Positions 31,547 to 40,434 of a stretch of DNA of 64,000 nucleotides are shown piece by piece; within the stretch, counting starts at the first letter, position 1, and every line of letters starts with the position of its first letter. Under the pieces are notes generated by a model. It saw nothing but the letters and a program-made list of their open reading frames with translations. It searched no databases and was not told the DNA's origin. The position numbers and the translations under genes were made by a program. The stretch is from Alphaproteobacteria bacterium. GTDB lineage: Bacteria > Pseudomonadota > Alphaproteobacteria > GCA-2731375. The stretch lies in contig CBDDBZ010000028.1 in NCBI GenBank assembly GCA_965225945.1, positions 32,001-96,000 on the forward strand, read 5' to 3'.

Positions 31547-32314
31547 ATGGAAACGCAACGAGGCGCCGCCCGACGAGTCTGGTGGCGCCGGACGGGCACC
31601 TCGATGATCGCGGCAGTGTCGATGCTCATGGCGGCGCCAAGCCGAGCCGAGCCGGTCGCGCTCGAGCTGTTGCTCGCGGTCGACGTCTCGCCGAGCATCA
31701 ATCGGGGCGAATACATTCTGCAAATGCAGGGCCTCGCGGCCGCCGTCCGCGGCCCGGAGGTGATCGAGGCGATCGGGAGCCTGGCGCCGCGTGGGGTGGC
31801 GATGGCGCTGCTGATGTGGGCGGGCGTCGGCGAGGTGCGGCTGGTCCTCGACTGGCGTCGGGTGGCGAACCGCGCGGGCGCGGAAGCCTTCGCCGACGAG
31901 ATCGATCTGGCGCCGCGGCTACGCTCGAGCGGCGGCACCGCGATCGGCGATGCGATTCGACACGGTGCGCGCCTGCTCGCCGCGAACCGGTTCGAGGGTG
32001 CGCGGGCGGTGATCGACGTCTCCGGCGACGGGCCCGCCAATCGAGGCCTCTCGCCGAACGCGGCGCGCGACGCGGCCCTCGCCCTGGGGCTGACGGTGAA
32101 CGGCCTCGCGATCCTCAACGAGGCGCCCGGGCTCGATCTTTATTACCTCGAAAACGTGGTCGGCGGTCCGGCCGCCTTCGTCGAGACGACGGCGAGCTTC
32201 GAGGATTTCGCCGAGGCCATGAAACGCAAGCTTTCGAGGGAAATTCGCGGCGGCGGATTGGTCCGTCTGGGGCCCGCGCGCGCGGGCGGCGAAAGGGCTG
32301 TCATGATCCGTTGA
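31547..32314 (+). CDS. DUF1194 (von Willebrand A-like) periplasmic protein
   Basis: LELLLAVDVSPSI...EY.LQ..G.A.A, GTAIGDAI, VIDVSGDG..N.G, VNGLAI, YY..NVVGGP.AFV. Confidence 0.85.
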   Translation: METQRGAARRVWWRRTGTSMIAAVSMLMAAPSRAEPVALELLLAVDVSPSINRGEYILQMQGLAAAVRGPEVIEAIGSLAPRGVAMALLMWAGVGEVRLVLDWRRVANRAGAEAFADEIDLAPRLRSSGGTAIGDAIRHGARLLAANRFEGARAVIDVSGDGPANRGLSPNAARDAALALGLTVNGLAILNEAPGLDLYYLENVVGGPAAFVETTASFEDFAEAMKRKLSREIRGGGLVRLGPARAGGERAVMIR

Positions 32315-32340
32315 CAAGCCGAAGGGCCAACTCGTAGGGT
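32311..32340 (+). promoter_or_regulatory. Putative sigma70 promoter of the second ABC operon
   Basis: TTGACA-N18-TAGGGT, 60 nt upstream of the start codon. Confidence 0.5.
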
Positions 32341-32400
32341 CGCCCGGTCCTGGGGGGCGAGCAACGGAGAAACGGACGTCGGTTCCGGTCGGGGAGGCAC

Positions 32401-33399
32401 GTGGCGTACCTATTGGAAATCGAGGACCTGCGCACCCAATTCTTCACCTCGCAGGGTACGGTGCGGGCGGTCGACGGAATTTCCTACAACGTCGACAAAG
32501 GCGAGACCGTCGCGATAGTGGGCGAGTCCGGCTGCGGCAAGTCGGTGAGCGCGCTGTCGATCCTGCGGCTGATTCCCGATCCGCCGGGAAAGATCGTCAG
32601 CGGCTCCATCCACTTCATGGGCAAGAACCTCCTGGAGATGAGCGACCGGGAGATCCGCGCGGTGCGCGGGCGCGACATCGGCATGGTGTTCCAGGAGCCG
32701 ATGACCAGCCTCAACCCCGTGCTCACGGTCGGCCGTCAGTTGACGGAGACGTTGGAACACCATCTGAAATCGTCGCGCGAAGAGGCCCTGGAGCGGGCGC
32801 GCGAACTGCTGCGGCTGGTCGGGATCGCCGATGAAGAGCGCCGCCTGGCACAATATCCCCATCACCTGAGTGGCGGCATGCGCCAACGGGTGATGATCGC
32901 CATGGCACTCGCCTGCGAGCCGAAACTGATTATCGCCGACGAGCCGACGACCGCCCTCGACGTCACCATTCAGGCCCAGATCCTGGAGCTGATGCGCGAT
33001 CTGACCAAACGGCTCGGCGTCGCGCTGATCGTCATCACGCACAACCTCGGCGTCGTCGCCCGCTATGCCGAGCGGGTTAACGTCATGTATGCCGGCAAGG
33101 TGATCGAGAGCGGCAGAGCGATCGACATCTATCACCGTCCGCGCCACCCCTACACCTTGGGCCTGCTGCGCTCGGTCCCCAGGCTGGACCAGCCCCGCGG
33201 CATCCGGCTGGTGCCGATCGTCGGTCAGCCGCCGGACCTGACCGACCTCGACGGGGGCTGCGCCTTCCGGCCGCGCTGCACCTTCGCGACCGCCATGTGC
33301 GCCGGCGCGATCCCACCGCTCGAGACGGTGGGCGAGGGGCATTCGTCCGCCTGCTTCAACATCGCCACGGTCGAACAAAGCCTGAGGGAGGCATCATGA
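32401..33399 (+). CDS. Peptide ABC transporter ATP-binding protein (DppD-like)
   Basis: [24 protein letters not shown]. Confidence 0.95.
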   Translation: MAYLLEIEDLRTQFFTSQGTVRAVDGISYNVDKGETVAIVGESGCGKSVSALSILRLIPDPPGKIVSGSIHFMGKNLLEMSDREIRAVRGRDIGMVFQEPMTSLNPVLTVGRQLTETLEHHLKSSREEALERARELLRLVGIADEERRLAQYPHHLSGGMRQRVMIAMALACEPKLIIADEPTTALDVTIQAQILELMRDLTKRLGVALIVITHNLGVVARYAERVNVMYAGKVIESGRAIDIYHRPRHPYTLGLLRSVPRLDQPRGIRLVPIVGQPPDLTDLDGGCAFRPRCTFATAMCAGAIPPLETVGEGHSSACFNIATVEQSLREAS

Positions 33400-34421
33400 G
33401 CGTCGATGTCGATTTCCGGGAGACGGCCGACGTCGCCGGCCAGGGCGGCGACATTCTGCTGAGCGTCAGCGGCCTCAAAAAATATTTCCCCGTCACCGCC
33501 GGCTTCGTCGTCCAGCGCACGGTGGCGGAGATCAAGGCGGTCGACGGCATCAGCTTCGACGTGCGTCGGGGCGAAACCCTGGGCCTGGTCGGCGAGTCCG
33601 GCTGCGGCAAGTCGACGACGGGGCGCTGCATCCTGCGGCTCGACAAGCCGACGAGCGGCGAGATCCGCTTCGACGGCCAGGATCTCGCGGCGCTGTCGGT
33701 CAAGGAAATGAACCGGATGCGGGAGCGGATCCAGGTGATCTTCCAGGATCCCTATTCCTCGCTCAATCCCAGGATGAAGGTCGGCGACATCATCGGCGAG
33801 CCGATGAAGGTGCACGCCATCCTGCCCGACGCGGCGCAGCGGCGCGAGCGGGTGGCGGAGCTGTTGCATGTCTGCGGTCTGAATCCGGCGATGGCGGACC
33901 GCTATCCCCACGAGATGAGCGGCGGCCAGCGCCAACGCGTCGGCATTGCCCGCGCCCTCGCGCTCAGGCCCGAGTTCATCATCTGCGACGAGGCGGTCTC
34001 CGCTCTCGACGTCTCGATCCAGGCCCAGGTGATCAACCTGCTCGAGGATCTTCGCGAGGAGTTCAATCTCACTTACCTCTTCATCGCCCACGATCTGAGC
34101 GTGGTGCGCCATCTCTGCCACCGGGTGGCGGTGATGTATCTCGGCAAGATCGTCGAGTTGGCGCCGGCCGACGAGATCTTCGACAACCCGCTGCATCCCT
34201 ATACGCAGGCCCTATTGGCCGCCGTGCCGGTGCCCGATCCCCGGATCGAGTCCGAGCGCGAGCACCAGGTCGTCAAGGGCGAGGTGCCAAGCCCGATCAA
34301 CCCGCCGAGCGGCTGCGTGTTTCATCCCCGTTGCCCAAAGGCGGTGGAACGTTGCAGTATGAGCTTGTCGGAACTCCGGGAACTGAGTCCCGAGCATTGG
34401 GTAGCGTGTTCGGAGGTTTGA
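33396..34421 (+). CDS. Peptide ABC transporter ATP-binding protein (DppF-like)
   Basis: [34 protein letters not shown]. Confidence 0.95.
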   Translation: MSVDVDFRETADVAGQGGDILLSVSGLKKYFPVTAGFVVQRTVAEIKAVDGISFDVRRGETLGLVGESGCGKSTTGRCILRLDKPTSGEIRFDGQDLAALSVKEMNRMRERIQVIFQDPYSSLNPRMKVGDIIGEPMKVHAILPDAAQRRERVAELLHVCGLNPAMADRYPHEMSGGQRQRVGIARALALRPEFIICDEAVSALDVSIQAQVINLLEDLREEFNLTYLFIAHDLSVVRHLCHRVAVMYLGKIVELAPADEIFDNPLHPYTQALLAAVPVPDPRIESEREHQVVKGEVPSPINPPSGCVFHPRCPKAVERCSMSLSELRELSPEHWVACSEV

Positions 34422-34500
34422 AACCGATGGTCGGCAGGGGCCGGCCCGAGGGCGTTTTGGGAACGACACAAGTCCCGAAACAGGGAGAAGGAGCGAAAAC

Positions 34501-36111
34501 ATGAAGCGTACATTGGCGAGAGCAGCGACGCTCGGCGTCGGTCTCGCGGTGGGAGCCGGCTTCGCCGTCGGCGCCTGGGCCCAGACACCGAAACGCGGCG
34601 GCATACTCGAATTCGTGGTCGCCAGTAAGATTCCCTCTTACGACGGTCATCAGGAGACCACCTTCGGCATGATCCATCCGATCAGGCCGTTCTACAGCCT
34701 GCTGATCCGGATCAATCCGCTAAATCCGCAGTCGGCGACGGATTTCGTCTGCGATCTCTGCGCCGGCAAGGTCCCGGAGGCTACCGACGGCGGTACGAAG
34801 TACACCTTCAAGATCAAGTCGGGCGTCAAGTTCCACGACGGCACGCCGCTCACCTCGGCCGACATCAAGGCGACCTACGACAAGCTCATCTTCCCGCCGA
34901 AAGGCGTGCCGAGCTCGCGCAAGACGTTCTACACCATGGTCGAGTCGGTCACCACGCCGGACGCCGAGACGGTCGTCTTCAAGCTGAAGTATGCCTCGGG
35001 CGCCTTCATCCCGGCGCTCGCGACGCCGTTCAACTTCGTCTATTCGAAGAAGGACCTGGATACCCACGGCTACAGTTGGCACAAGACCAATATCAACGGC
35101 ACCGGTGCTTTCCGCTTCAAGCAGCATCAGCCCGGCGCCTTCGTCGAGGGCGTGCGCAACGACGACTTCCACATCAAGGGTCGGCCCTACCTCGACGGCT
35201 ACAAGGCGATCGCGGCGCCGAAGATGGCGCTCCGCATCCAGGCGATCCGGGGCGACCGCGCGGCGATCGAGTTTCGCGGCTTCCCGCCGAAGGCGCGCGA
35301 TGACCTGGTCAAGGCGCTCGGCGACAAGATCACGGTCCAGGAAAGCGACTGGAACTGCGCCAGCACCTTCGTCTTCAACAACAAGCGGCCGCCGTTCGAC
35401 GACGTCCGGGTGCGCAGGGCGCTGACCTTGGCCGTCGACCGCTGGAGCGGCTCCAAGTTCGTCTCCAAGATCGCCATCGTGAAGTCCGTGGGCGGCATCG
35501 TCTATCCGGGCAGCCCGCTTGCCGCGACCAAGGAAGAGCTGATGGGGATTGTCGGCTACGGCACGGATATCGAGAAATCGCGGGCCGAGGCCAAGCGTCT
35601 GCTGAAGGAAGCGGGCCAGGAGAACCTGACCTTCGATCTGCACAACCGCGCCGTCGACCAGCCCTACAAGCTCGTCGGCACCTGGTTGATCGATCAGTGG
35701 CGGCGGATCGGCGTCAAGGTCACCCAGAAGGCCGTGCCGACCGGTCAGTGGTACGACGTTTACCGCAAGACGCACGATTTCGACGTCGGTGTCCACGCCA
35801 CTTGCCAGTCGGTGATCAACCCTCTGGCGGACGTCGCCGTTTGGCTTTGCGGCGAAGCGAACAACTACATGGAGTGCGAGGATCCGAAGCTCCACGAATT
35901 GTTCGCGAAGATGAACCGGGAAGGCGATCCGGCCAAGCAGCGCGTCATCATGCGCCAGTTCGAGAAGCGCGCCTTGGACGAGAAGGTCCACGCGGCAATG
36001 GTGCTCTGGTGGTATAAAATCAACCCGCACCGTTCCTATGTGAAGGGTTGGAAGATCGCGCCGAGCCACTACCTGAACCAGCATTTGGACACCGTCTGGC
36101 TGGACAAGTAA
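34501..36111 (+). CDS. ABC transporter substrate-binding protein, family 5
   Basis: Signal peptide; PKRGG.L, GVKFHDGTPLTSAD, GTGAF, PFDDVRVRRAL. Confidence 0.92.
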   Translation: MKRTLARAATLGVGLAVGAGFAVGAWAQTPKRGGILEFVVASKIPSYDGHQETTFGMIHPIRPFYSLLIRINPLNPQSATDFVCDLCAGKVPEATDGGTKYTFKIKSGVKFHDGTPLTSADIKATYDKLIFPPKGVPSSRKTFYTMVESVTTPDAETVVFKLKYASGAFIPALATPFNFVYSKKDLDTHGYSWHKTNINGTGAFRFKQHQPGAFVEGVRNDDFHIKGRPYLDGYKAIAAPKMALRIQAIRGDRAAIEFRGFPPKARDDLVKALGDKITVQESDWNCASTFVFNNKRPPFDDVRVRRALTLAVDRWSGSKFVSKIAIVKSVGGIVYPGSPLAATKEELMGIVGYGTDIEKSRAEAKRLLKEAGQENLTFDLHNRAVDQPYKLVGTWLIDQWRRIGVKVTQKAVPTGQWYDVYRKTHDFDVGVHATCQSVINPLADVAVWLCGEANNYMECEDPKLHELFAKMNREGDPAKQRVIMRQFEKRALDEKVHAAMVLWWYKINPHRSYVKGWKIAPSHYLNQHLDTVWLDK

Positions 36112-36131
36112 GGCACGGGCCGCCTACGCCG

Positions 36132-36175
36132 ACCGACACCACCCGCCGCCCCCCCGGGCGGCGGGTGGTGTCGGT
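36132..36175. other. Strong intercistronic stem-loop after the SBP gene
   Basis: 20-bp perfect stem ACCGACACCACCCGCCGCCC / GGGCGGCGGGTGGTGTCGGT with a 4-nt loop and no U-tract. Confidence 0.8.
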
Positions 36176-36446
36176 GGGGAAGGATGGAACGGGGGAAGGA
36201 TGGAACGGGGGAAGGATGGAACGGGGGAAGGATGGAACGGGGGAAGGATGGAACGGGGGAAGGATGGAACGGGGGAAGGATGGAACGGGGGAAGGATGGA
36301 ACGGGGGAAGGATGGAACGGGGGAAGGATGGAACGGGGGAAGGATTGAACGGGGGAAGGATGGAACGGGGGAAGGATGGAACGGGGGAAGGATTGAACGG
36401 GGGAAGGATTGAACGGGGGAAGGATTGAACGGGGGAAGGATTGAAC
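36175..36446. repeat. 16-bp x17 tandem repeat (VNTR)
   Basis: GGGGGAAGGAT(G/T)GAAC; 12 G-type and 5 T-type units; ends 4 nt before the permease GTG. Confidence 0.97.
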
Positions 36447-36450
36447 GAAC

Positions 36451-37404
36451 GTGTATAAATACATCGTCAACCGAATCCTGTTGATGATCCCGACGCTGTT
36501 GGGCGCGGCGGTCCTGGTGTTCTTCGTGTTGCGTCTGGTGCCGGGCGACATTTGCGAGATCCGCCTGGGGGGCACCGGCCTCTACGTCGATCCCGAGTCA
36601 GTCAAGATATGCCGAGTGGATCTCGGCCTCGAGGATCCGATCCCCGTACAGTTCGGCCGCTTCATCGCCGGCTATTTCACCTTCGATCTGGGCAAATCCA
36701 TGTGGACCGGGCGCGCCGTGTCGGAGGAGATCTCGCTTCGCTTCCAGCTCTCGCTGCAGATCGCCATCATGGCGACGATCCTATCGGTCATCATCGCGGT
36801 GCCGCTCGGCACCATATCGGCGGTGAGGCAAAACACCTGGATCGACTATGCGGTCCGAACCTTCTCGATCGCCGGCATCGCCATGCCGTCCTTCTGGCTC
36901 GGCATTTTGATCATACTCGGACTGCTGATCACCACCGGTTGGATGCCACCCATCGACTACGTCTCGCCGCTGGCGGACCCAATGGGCAACTTCGCGCAGC
37001 TGATCTGGCCGGCCGCCGCCACGGGCTACCGCTATTCGGCGGTGGTGACCCGCATGACCCGATCAAGCCTCCTCGAAGTGCTGCGCGAGGACTATGTCCG
37101 CACCGCGCGGGCCAAGGGCCTGCTGGAAAAGGTGATCATCAACCAGCACGCGCTGAAAAACGCGCTGCTGCCGGTGGTCACCATCGTCGGCATCGAGTTC
37201 GCCTTCCTGATGGGTGGCCTCGTGGTCACCGAGCAGGTGTTCAACCTGAACGGCCTCGGCAAGCTGTTCGTCGATTCGGTGCTGAACCTGGATTTCAACA
37301 TGACCCAGCAGTTGGTGATGCTGGTGGCCCTGATCTTCGTCCTCGCCAATCTGGTGGTGGACATTCTCTATGCCTGGCTCGACCCCAGGATCCGCTACGC
37401 CTAG
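36451..37404 (+). CDS. Peptide ABC transporter permease (DppB-like)
   Basis: LVPGD, FDLGKS, EDYVRTARAKG, HALKNA, DPRIRY. Confidence 0.93.
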   Translation: MYKYIVNRILLMIPTLLGAAVLVFFVLRLVPGDICEIRLGGTGLYVDPESVKICRVDLGLEDPIPVQFGRFIAGYFTFDLGKSMWTGRAVSEEISLRFQLSLQIAIMATILSVIIAVPLGTISAVRQNTWIDYAVRTFSIAGIAMPSFWLGILIILGLLITTGWMPPIDYVSPLADPMGNFAQLIWPAAATGYRYSAVVTRMTRSSLLEVLREDYVRTARAKGLLEKVIINQHALKNALLPVVTIVGIEFAFLMGGLVVTEQVFNLNGLGKLFVDSVLNLDFNMTQQLVMLVALIFVLANLVVDILYAWLDPRIRYA

Positions 37405-37417
37405 GAGAGGCCCGATC

Positions 37418-38317
37418 ATGACCGTGACGACCGGCGAGCTGGCGACCACCATCGAGGCCCTGCCCGAGCGCGCCTCGCTGGGGCGACGCGCCTGGGGCCT
37501 GCTCCGCCGCCAGCCACTCGGTGCCGCCGGCCTGTTGTTCATCGTGATCATGGCGGTGTTCGCCGTCGGCGCCGAGTGGCTGACCAGCTTCGATCCCGAG
37601 GAGGCGATGTTCGAGCACATGCTCGAGGCGCCGAGCTGGCAATTCCTCTTCGGCACCGACAATTTCGGCCGCGACATCTGGACCCGAATCGTCTACGGCT
37701 CCCGCACGGCGCTGCTGATCGGCTTCGTCGCCGCCACCGGCGGCTCCGTCATCGGCTTGGTGCTGGGCGTCGGCAGTGCCTATTTCGGCGGCCTCATCGA
37801 TCTCATTTTCCAGCGCGTGATGGACGTCTTCCTGGCCTTCCCCTCGATCATCATGGCGCTCGCCATCGTCTCGGTCCTGGGCACGGGGCTGGAGAACGTG
37901 ATCATCGCGATCATGCTGCCGATGATCCCCTCGTGCGCCAGGGTGGTGCGCTCGAGCGCGCTCTCGATCCGCGAGATCCCCTATGTCGACGCGGCCCGCG
38001 CGCTCGGCTACGGCCACGCCCGGATCATCCTCCGCCACATGGCGCCGAACGTCATGGCGCCGTTCCTGATCATGTTCACGTCGTTCGTGGGCCAGGCGAT
38101 CCTGGCCGAGGCCTCGCTCTCCTATCTCGGCCTCGGCGTGCAGGAGCCGGTGTCGGCCTGGGGTCTGATGCTGCAGGGCGGGGCCGAGGAATACGCCGAG
38201 AGCGCGCCGTGGGCGGCGATCTTCCCGGGTCTGGCGATCACTTTCGCGGTGTTCGCCTTCAATCTCTTCGGCGACGCGGTCCGCGACGTCCTGGATCCGA
38301 AACTGCGCTCGCGCTGA
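37418..38317 (+). CDS. Peptide ABC transporter permease (DppC-like)
   Basis: FGTDNFGRDIWTR, YVDAARALG, GDAVRDVLDPKLR. Confidence 0.93.
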   Translation: MTVTTGELATTIEALPERASLGRRAWGLLRRQPLGAAGLLFIVIMAVFAVGAEWLTSFDPEEAMFEHMLEAPSWQFLFGTDNFGRDIWTRIVYGSRTALLIGFVAATGGSVIGLVLGVGSAYFGGLIDLIFQRVMDVFLAFPSIIMALAIVSVLGTGLENVIIAIMLPMIPSCARVVRSSALSIREIPYVDAARALGYGHARIILRHMAPNVMAPFLIMFTSFVGQAILAEASLSYLGLGVQEPVSAWGLMLQGGAEEYAESAPWAAIFPGLAITFAVFAFNLFGDAVRDVLDPKLRSR

Positions 38318-38377
38318 CGGTTTTTGAGCACCAAATGATGGCCTTTGAGCGCCATATGACGGTCTTCGAAATGCCGG
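38315..38377. repeat. Degenerate 21-bp x3 repeat filling a convergent intergenic gap
   Basis: TGACGGTTTTTGAGCACCAAA / TGATGGCCTTTGAGCGCCATA / TGACGGTCTTCGAAATGCCGG. Confidence 0.6.
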
Positions 38378-39163
38378 CTAACGCCCCTTGAAGGGGCCGG
38401 GCTCGCGTTTCTCGGCGAAGGCGCGGGCCGCCTCCTGGAAATCCTCGCTCAGGTAGAGCTTCTCGGCTGCGGTCTGCAGGGCGATCTCGCGACGCAGCCG
38501 GGCCAGTTGCCCGCGCCGGATCCGGACCGTCGAGCGGACGCTCAAGGGCGGGTTGCGGTTCACTTCCTCGGCCAGCTCGCGCGCCGCCGCCAAGCCCTCG
38601 CCCGCCGGCGCCAAGCGGTTGATCATGCCGGCCCCGTGCGCCTCCTTCGCCGTGAACCAGCGCCCCGTGAGCGCCACCTCGGTGCCGAAGGCGGCGGCGC
38701 CGCGGAACTGCGTCAGGCCCCAGTACATGGCGCCGCCCAGGCCTCTGCTGGTCTCGGTGATGTGGATGCGGGTGCCGGCCTCGGCGACGACGAGATCGCT
38801 ATCGAGCATGATGCCGACCGCGAGGCCCATGACATAGCCGTGCGGCGCCGCGATCACCGGTTTCCAGTTGACCGCGTCCAGAAATAGCTCGCCGGCGTGT
38901 GCGCCATGGCCCTGGGGGCCGCCCAGGCGCGCGAACTCCTCGCGTGAGCGAAGCTGGCGCGCCATTACGTCGGCCCCGGTGGAGAAGGCCCGCCCGGCGC
39001 CGCGCAGGATCGCGACGTTGGCCTCCGCGTCGCCGTCGAAGCGCCTGAGCGCCGCGCCCAGCGCCACGACCGCTTCGTCGTCGAAGGCGTTCAGCTTCTC
39101 CGGCCGGTTGAAGGTGAGGGTGACGATCGCGCCGTCGCGCTGGTAGAGAATTCGCTCACTCAT
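38378..39163 (-). CDS. Enoyl-CoA hydratase/isomerase family protein
   Basis: NRPEKLNAF, AFSTGAD, KPVIAA.HGYVMG, EAARAFAEKR.P.F.GR. Confidence 0.88.
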   Translation of the reverse strand: MSERILYQRDGAIVTLTFNRPEKLNAFDDEAVVALGAALRRFDGDAEANVAILRGAGRAFSTGADVMARQLRSREEFARLGGPQGHGAHAGELFLDAVNWKPVIAAPHGYVMGLAVGIMLDSDLVVAEAGTRIHITETSRGLGGAMYWGLTQFRGAAAFGTEVALTGRWFTAKEAHGAGMINRLAPAGEGLAAARELAEEVNRNPPLSVRSTVRIRRGQLARLRREIALQTAAEKLYLSEDFQEAARAFAEKREPGPFKGR

Positions 39164-39189
39164 GGCCGCTTTCTCCCCGCCTCGCCCAT

Positions 39190-40350
39190 TCAATCCGCCG
39201 CCAACAGTTCAAGCGCGCGGGCGAGGCCGCCCGACTGCCTGGGCACGCCCGCGAGGGCGAGCCCCATCTCGACCCCGCCGAGGGTGCCGATCAACATCAA
39301 ATCGTTGAAATCGCCCAGATGTCCAATCCGGAAGACTCGGCCTTGCAGCCGGCCGAGCCCGTTGCCGAGCGACATGTCGAAGCGTTCCAGCACCGTGGCG
39401 CGGAAGGCATCCGCGTCGTGGCCCTCCGGCATCAAGACGGCGGTGAGGGAGGAGGAATAGGCCGCCTCGTCCCGGCACAAGAGCTCGAGCCCCCAGGCCT
39501 GGACCGCCGCCCGCGTCGCCGCCGCGTGCCGGTCGTGACGCTGGAACACCTGCTCTAGCCCTTCTTCCCGCAGCATGGCGATCGCCTCGCGAAGGCCGTA
39601 GAGCAGGTTGGTCGCGGGCGTGTAGGGGAACATGAGCCCGGCGTTCGCGCCGAGCATGGCCTGCCAGTCCCAATAAGCACGGGGAAGCCCCGCCCGCCTC
39701 GAGGCCTCAATCGCCTTCTCGGAGAGCGCGTTGAAGCTCAGCCCCGGCGGCAGCATCAAGCCCTTTTGCGATCCCCCGACGGTGACGTCGACGCCCCACG
39801 CCTCATGGCGGTAGTCGATCGAGGCGAGGGAGGAAATGGTGTCGACCATCAGCAGCGCCGGGTGATGCGCTGCGTCGATGGCGCGGCGGACGGCGGCGAT
39901 GTCGCTGGCGACGCCGGTCGAGGTCTCGTTGTGCACCACGCAGACCGCCTTGATCTCGTGGGCCCGGTCCTCGGCGAGACGCGCCTCGATGCGGCCCGCG
40001 TCCACCGGACCCCGCCAGTCGCCTTCCAGGAACTCGGGCGCGAGGCCCAGCCGCTCGGCGAGGTCGCGCCACAGCGTCGCGAAATGCCCGGTCTCGAACA
40101 TCACCACCCGGTCGCTGGCCGAGAGCGTGTTGACCAGTGCCGCTTCCCAGGCCCCGGTGCCGGAGGCGGGAAAGATCACCACGGGGCCGCTGGTTTGAAA
40201 AATCGCCTTGATCCCTTCCAATACCTCGCCCGTCAGTCGCCGGAACTCGGGTCCCCGGTGATCGATGGTCGGCCGGTCGATCGCCCGGAGAATCCGATCG
40301 GGAACGTTGGTCGGCCCGGGAATTTGCAGAAAGTGTCGTCCGCTCGGCAT
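39190..40350 (-). CDS. Class V PLP aminotransferase (serine/aspartate-glyoxylate aminotransferase-like)
   Basis: GRHFLQIPGPTNVP, SGTGAWEAA, VHNETSTG, GSQKGLMLPPG, FRIGHLG. Confidence 0.92.
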   Translation of the reverse strand: MPSGRHFLQIPGPTNVPDRILRAIDRPTIDHRGPEFRRLTGEVLEGIKAIFQTSGPVVIFPASGTGAWEAALVNTLSASDRVVMFETGHFATLWRDLAERLGLAPEFLEGDWRGPVDAGRIEARLAEDRAHEIKAVCVVHNETSTGVASDIAAVRRAIDAAHHPALLMVDTISSLASIDYRHEAWGVDVTVGGSQKGLMLPPGLSFNALSEKAIEASRRAGLPRAYWDWQAMLGANAGLMFPYTPATNLLYGLREAIAMLREEGLEQVFQRHDRHAAATRAAVQAWGLELLCRDEAAYSSSLTAVLMPEGHDADAFRATVLERFDMSLGNGLGRLQGRVFRIGHLGDFNDLMLIGTLGGVEMGLALAGVPRQSGGLARALELLAAD

Positions 40351-40434
40351 GGCGTGCTCGGCCTCGGCTGTCGGAAGGACCGTGTTTGTGCCATAAAGCC
40401 GGCAAGCGGAACAACCTCGGAAGGCAGCACGGCG

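Noticed and set aside
36175-36446. CRISPR array or real repeat protein (MERGKDGTGEGWNGGR)n
   Set aside because: The units are contiguous with no unique spacers and no cas genes are nearby; the ORFs are by-products of a 16-bp period
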